Below, piece by piece: positions 60,466 through 64,000 of a stretch of DNA of 64,000 nt. The notes beneath the pieces are model-generated. The model did no database searches and had not been told where the DNA came from. It saw only the letters and a program-made list of their open reading frames with translations. Source of the DNA: the human T2T-CHM13v2.0 reference genome, Homo sapiens; the NCBI RefSeq assembly GCF_009914755.1, contig NC_060926.1; one strand, written 5' to 3'. The number at the start of each line of letters is the position of its first letter. The first letter of the stretch is position 1. The position numbers and the translations under genes were made by a program.

Positions 60466-62239
60466 AGGAAAAATGTAATGAGTTTGAATGAGAAGTTTTG
60501 TTGAATATTAACATATTTCAATCCAGAGAAAATCTTTGGTAGGGCTTCTACTTTGTTGAAGCCAGGAAGAATTAGAATCTGGCCTATAAGAATTGGATCA
60601 GCACTTTTAGTAGCTGAGCTGTTTGTTTTTATATAGAACATGAGATCAGTAAAGAAATTCCCATGATTCATTATAATGTGTCTTCATCAGAGTATTGGCA
60701 AGGTTAAATAGGGATTTGTAGGGATTTTTTTTCTTTCCAAGAATATATAAGCGTGAAATGAAGGTAGGCAGAAAAAGTCTAAAAATTTTAGAATATTAGA
60801 TATTGCTTCAGCAAAAAGTCACATGACATTGCATCAGGAACAGGCAGTCAGCTGACAGTCGGCCTCATCCACTCTGGGAATGTGCCAGTGGAACTCCTGC
60901 ACCTCTGTCATTGGCAGATTCCTGTGTTGCCAGGGGATTACACTGGCCATTGGAACGCTTGCCTGAGTGTAATGTAAGTATGGCCTGGAGTGACGGAGTG
61001 ACAAGATGCCTATCCAGTCCATATCCCACCATTTCCCTAACTATTAAAAAAAAAAAAAAGTTTGGTCTTTTTCAGAGAAACTTTCTTTCAAAATAATCAC
61101 AAGTTTTTAGTGTCCAGCAAACCTTTTGGGTGGAAAAAGATGACTCGGAAAATTCCTTAGCAGAATTTTTCATGTTTCAGTAATTGAAACATAAAGGGCT
61201 ACTTCTATAGTACATTACAACTAAATTATAATGGCAAGTTTCACCAACCTAAGTTCACAGCCCACATGTTAACTGTGTTACCAAGAGAAAATTAATCAAC
61301 TTCTCTGAGCCTGAATTATCCATAAAAATGGGAGTGATCCTACCTCATGAGGTTGATGTATTAAATAATGGATGTATTTAATAAGACATTTGTCACATGA
61401 GTAAACAGTCAGTGAGCGGTAGCCAGAGCATAGCATCAGGGAACTCCGTGAAAGCTCCTGGAGTCCCAGTAGGTTCAAGAAGCAGACACAGGAGAAAGGG
61501 TCACTAAATAATAATAGAGTCACTTGGCATTTTAAAATTAAGTGGGCCTTCGTTATGAAAGTGGCTTATTTTAATGACTCAGATATTTCATCTTATAACC
61601 ACTTTTAGATAAGCCAGACTTTCCTTTTGTTGTTGTATTGGTCTTTGATGATTTCATAACAGGTACATTAATATTGGATCATCATAACTTAAAGTTAATG
61701 CTTCAGTACTGAAGACCAAAAGATGGTCAGCTTTGTGCCAGACCAGATTTAAACTATACAATAGCAGTGGCTGGCAGGAAGAGCTTTGAGCACCTTCTTG
61801 GGATCTCAGCTAAGGGGCAGCCTGTCGCTTACAAGCTTGTCTTGGTCATCAGCAGCTGCACATCTGTCTTAAAGTCAACCAGGAAGTTCCTGCAGAGTTA
61901 AGAGGGGAAGAAACTAAGTAGTAGGAGCCGCAAAAGGCCAAAGCCTACACTGGGGTTCAGCAAACAGCTTTGGGTCCTCTATGTCTTAAAACCAGCTCAT
62001 TCATCCCGCAGCTTCATCCCACTGGATGCCCAAGTCCCGAGAGCCAGACATAATTCCCCAGGTTAATCCAAGCCAGACTGGGAAGCATGGGAGAAAACTT
62101 TCCTAAGTTGAGTCACATCAGTACTATTTTTATGAGTCGTCTTTTTTTTTTTTTTTAATAGAGAAGCTTGTTCTTCCCTCTTCATGATTGTGTTCTTTAT
62201 GTAGAATTTGTCATCTTTTCATTCCTTCATGTTTATTGA

Positions 62240-62885
62240 ATCAGTTAGGATTAGGCTTGGCTGTGAGTAACAAAAACCCAAAATACTGCATTTCATGTAG
62301 TAAGACTCATCCTTTTGTCACATTTTAACTTCTCTGAAATTGGAATGTGTCATACAATTGGATGGGTTGTCTTTAGTTGGCAGCAGTTTCTTTTTCTTAG
62401 CGACGTACTAAGTAATGCTACCTTACAACCAATGACAGAGTAGATGAAAATGGTAATGGTGGCTTAAACAGTGGAATTTTATTTCCCTCCTGTAAAATGC
62501 TGGAAGAAAACAGTCTGGGGCTGGTAAGGGGCTTCATATGATCACCTTCTGAAGTCCTTACTAGCTTGTTCCATCATTCTCAACACATGGTTTCTACCCT
62601 CTGGTCCAAGGTGGCCGTTAAGGTTATGGCCTTCCATGCCTATATTCCAGCCATCAGGGTAGAAAGAGTGAAGAAGGGATTCTCCTTCCCATTAAGGATA
62701 CTTTCATTAGGGCATACACAGTATTTCCAGTTATAATCTATTGGCCAGAACTTCATTGCAGGTTCCTATCTAGCAGCAACAGAGGCTGGGAAATACCTCT
62801 ATTCTGGGTGGCCATCTAAAAGATGGGGAACCTAGTTGTAAGGAAGAAGAGATCATATAGGGCAACCAGTAGTCTGAGCCACACC
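62240..62885. mobile_element. MLT1-type MaLR LTR remnant
   Basis: tcagttaggattaggcttggctg, ggcttaaaca, ttggccagaact, gaggctgggaaa. Confidence 0.55.
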
Positions 62886-63754
62886 TATTTTTTATTTCTC
62901 AGCTCATAAACATACTTCCTTGAGATAAACTAATGCATAGAGAAATGAATTCCAAGATCATTTTCTCAGGCTGCAATGCCTCAGGCTAGATTTATTGCCT
63001 TCTTGATGCTTTTCCAAAAGGGAAAGGATCTATAGAGGGCAGTACAGGATTTCCTGGGACCATGGAGGAACAAGTGCTAAGACAAGTCCCGGGTGGAAGT
63101 AGGGGCAGCCTGATGAGATGAACACTGAATTGGAGTGGGAGTTGTGTGTTAAATACAGCCCTGTCACTAACCAGCTGTAAGATCTTCGATAAATCCCTTT
63201 TTTAAGCACCAGGTACTTCATAAAATGAGGGATTGGAGTCTATAGAATCAAAAACTAAGGTAGGAGAAAACCTTAAAGAATAGAATTTTAGGGCTGGAAG
63301 ATCAGCTGGTCCAGTGCTTTCCAACTACTCCCAGGAGCCCCGCAGCAGTGCCAGGAGGCCTTGGCACCTACAGTCAGGGTGTGTCCAATAATAACACACT
63401 GGGCTTATATATTTAGGGAGGGGAAAGGTGATTGCAGAAGATTTCATGTAATAAAAACGTTCCATTGCTACCAAAAGTTGAAAACCAAAGATGACTCAAT
63501 ACTCATAGCTGAAGAAATGGAAGCCTAAATAAGAAAACTGACTGGCACATCATTACATATCTATAACCAGGGGCAGGACCTGAACCCAGTTTCCCTTACT
63601 CTTGGCTTTTTTGTTTATACCCTCCTGCATCCCCACCCCACCCCCAACCCCCGTCTGAATAGCTGGCTGGCCACCTTTTGCCTGAACATTTGCAGGGACA
63701 CTGAGTGGGCTCAGGACTTCACCAGGAAGTCTCCTTGCCCACCTCCAATGCACA

Positions 63755-63757
<3 letters not shown>

Positions 63758-63795
<38 letters not shown>
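63758..63795. repeat. (AC)19 microsatellite
   Basis: Pure run. Confidence 0.93.
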
Positions 63796-63798
<3 letters not shown>

Positions 63799-64000
63799 TG
63801 GCTGGCAGCACAGATTGCTAGGACCTTGAGCGGAAACCTGGTTTCTCATAACCGGTTGCTCATTGGTTCAAGTTACCTTCTCTCAAGCTGCAGGGATGAA
63901 CCTAGACTCTTCCATGAATATCTGAAGATCACTACCATGCTCCTCCTCCTACCAAACCTCCCGTGATGACATGGTTTCCAGGCCTTTCTCACACACATTA

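Noticed and set aside
60440-64000. Downstream region as a separate gene or promoter
   Set aside because: No CpG island, exon chain or credible ORF; MIR/MLT1 remnants and a microsatellite only.

Overview
Human (primate) genomic DNA holding almost all of AFTPH (aftiphilin, an AP-1/clathrin accessory protein) on the + strand. The window starts inside intron 1; the promoter and non-coding first exon are not visible, so exon numbers are inferred. It contains nine coding exons: a 1967-nt exon 2 (18884-20850, ATG at 18916), then 35003-35154, 36533-36659, 37064-37120, 40389-40511, 46917-46977, an 84-nt frame-preserving cassette (48621-48704), 52853-52976 and a last exon with a CAGTAG tandem acceptor (59313/59316, TAA at 59461-59463). 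Splicing these by hand gives 936/937 aa, or 908/909 aa without the cassette. The ~950-nt 3'UTR ends near AATAAA at 60413, followed by ~3.5 kb of intergenic DNA. Introns hold ~30 Alus (one near-consensus AluYb8), L1/L2/MIR remnants, MER6, MER5, MER58, an MLT2 solo LTR and a tailless U6 retrocopy. Nearly all other ORFs in the track are Alu/L1/L2 or random frames. I see no new gene or novel system. The best leads are RNA-processing hypotheses: three routes to an exon-2-only adaptor-binding fragment (circRNA, intron read-through, a competing stop-first acceptor), a cassette exon that toggles the clathrin box, and clustered RBFOX motifs. There are also a few recent structural events: an AluYb8 inserted head-to-head with an AluJ, a perfect 92-bp duplication and a perfect 13-bp palindrome. 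Repeat boundaries and subfamily calls are by eye and approximate.
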